Shown one piece after another: positions 63,601 through 64,000 of a stretch of DNA of 64,000 bases (positions are counted from its first letter, which is position 1; each line of letters begins with the position of its first letter). The position numbers and the translations under genes were made by a program. The stretch comes from Convolutriloba macropyga (lineage: Eukaryota): the NCBI RefSeq assembly GCF_964194025.1, contig NC_134471.1, positions 62,434,001 to 62,498,000 on the forward strand. The letters run 5' to 3'. The notes under the pieces are model-generated. The model ran no database searches, was not told the DNA's origin, and saw only the letters and a program-made list of their open reading frames with translations.

Positions 63601-64000
63601 GAAGAAGATACCCAGAGAAGACTCAAGAAACGGGATTATGATGAACTGAGACAAAACTTTTTGCGGAACAAAGGATATAAAATTGTTGAGATGTAACTGG
63701 CGGGAAACTCCCAAACGTGATGAATCTGTAAAAAGTCACGTGAAAAACAATTTCTCATTCAAGCTACCTCTGACTCAAGAATCTCTACTTGCTCAGATAA
63801 GAGAAGATAAAATGCTTGGTTACGTTCAGTGTGATCTCGAATTTCCAGATGGGTTGAAATACAAGTTCTCGAATTTTCCATCAATCTTTAAAAATTTTAA
63901 TGTTAGTCGAGCAGATTAGTCGAGCAGATGTTAGTGATTATATGAGGGTCTATGCAATTGATAACCATTTACTCAAGCAGCCTCAACGCGAGTTGATTTC
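60690..64000 (+). pseudogene. Decayed protein-primed family B DNA polymerase (pPolB) of a Polinton/Maverick/adintovirus-like element; runs off the window
   Basis: N-terminal C2H2-like fingers (CPMCPHF...LKNHLAKH; CTLCLEEF...LQQHERRKH), 'KINIALG', ExoI 'LFDFES', ExoII 'LPVVGFNSMKYDLNLIK', ExoIII 'YNKDVVP', 'GGPSIVF', motif A 'GKDASQFYPFSM', 'GYVQCDLE...FSNFPSIFKN'. Many stops and frameshifts. Confidence 0.85.

Overview
AT-rich eukaryotic (animal-like, invertebrate) genomic window with spliceosomal GT-AG introns and very high repeat density; no prokaryotic features. The host genes are two divergently oriented paralogous trypsin-family (S1A) serine proteases with matching intron positions and phases. 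Gene 1 (- strand) shows three exons at 21734-14285; I could not find the rest in the window. Gene 2 (+ strand) has five exons over 36557-56374, about 316 codons, with an in-frame TGA immediately after the catalytic Ser (GDS*NP). Everything else is mobile DNA: (i) two large decayed BEL/Pao LTR retrotransposons, one with a four-fold internal amplification of its RNase H region; (ii) a 5'-truncated LINE; (iii) a decayed Polinton/Maverick-type protein-primed DNA polymerase running off the right edge; (iv) a 169-bp GG...CC MITE with a perfect 8-bp TSD; (v) three copies of a long-TIR element whose ends look like DINE-1/Helentron hairpin ends; (vi) several non-autonomous CCC...GGG elements, each family with its own subterminal motif. 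The largest of these encloses a ~4-kb array of 32-bp monomers with higher-order (4-/7-/12-mer) organisation. There is one assembly gap (26490-26680). All calls come from reading the sequence by eye; no database searches were run.
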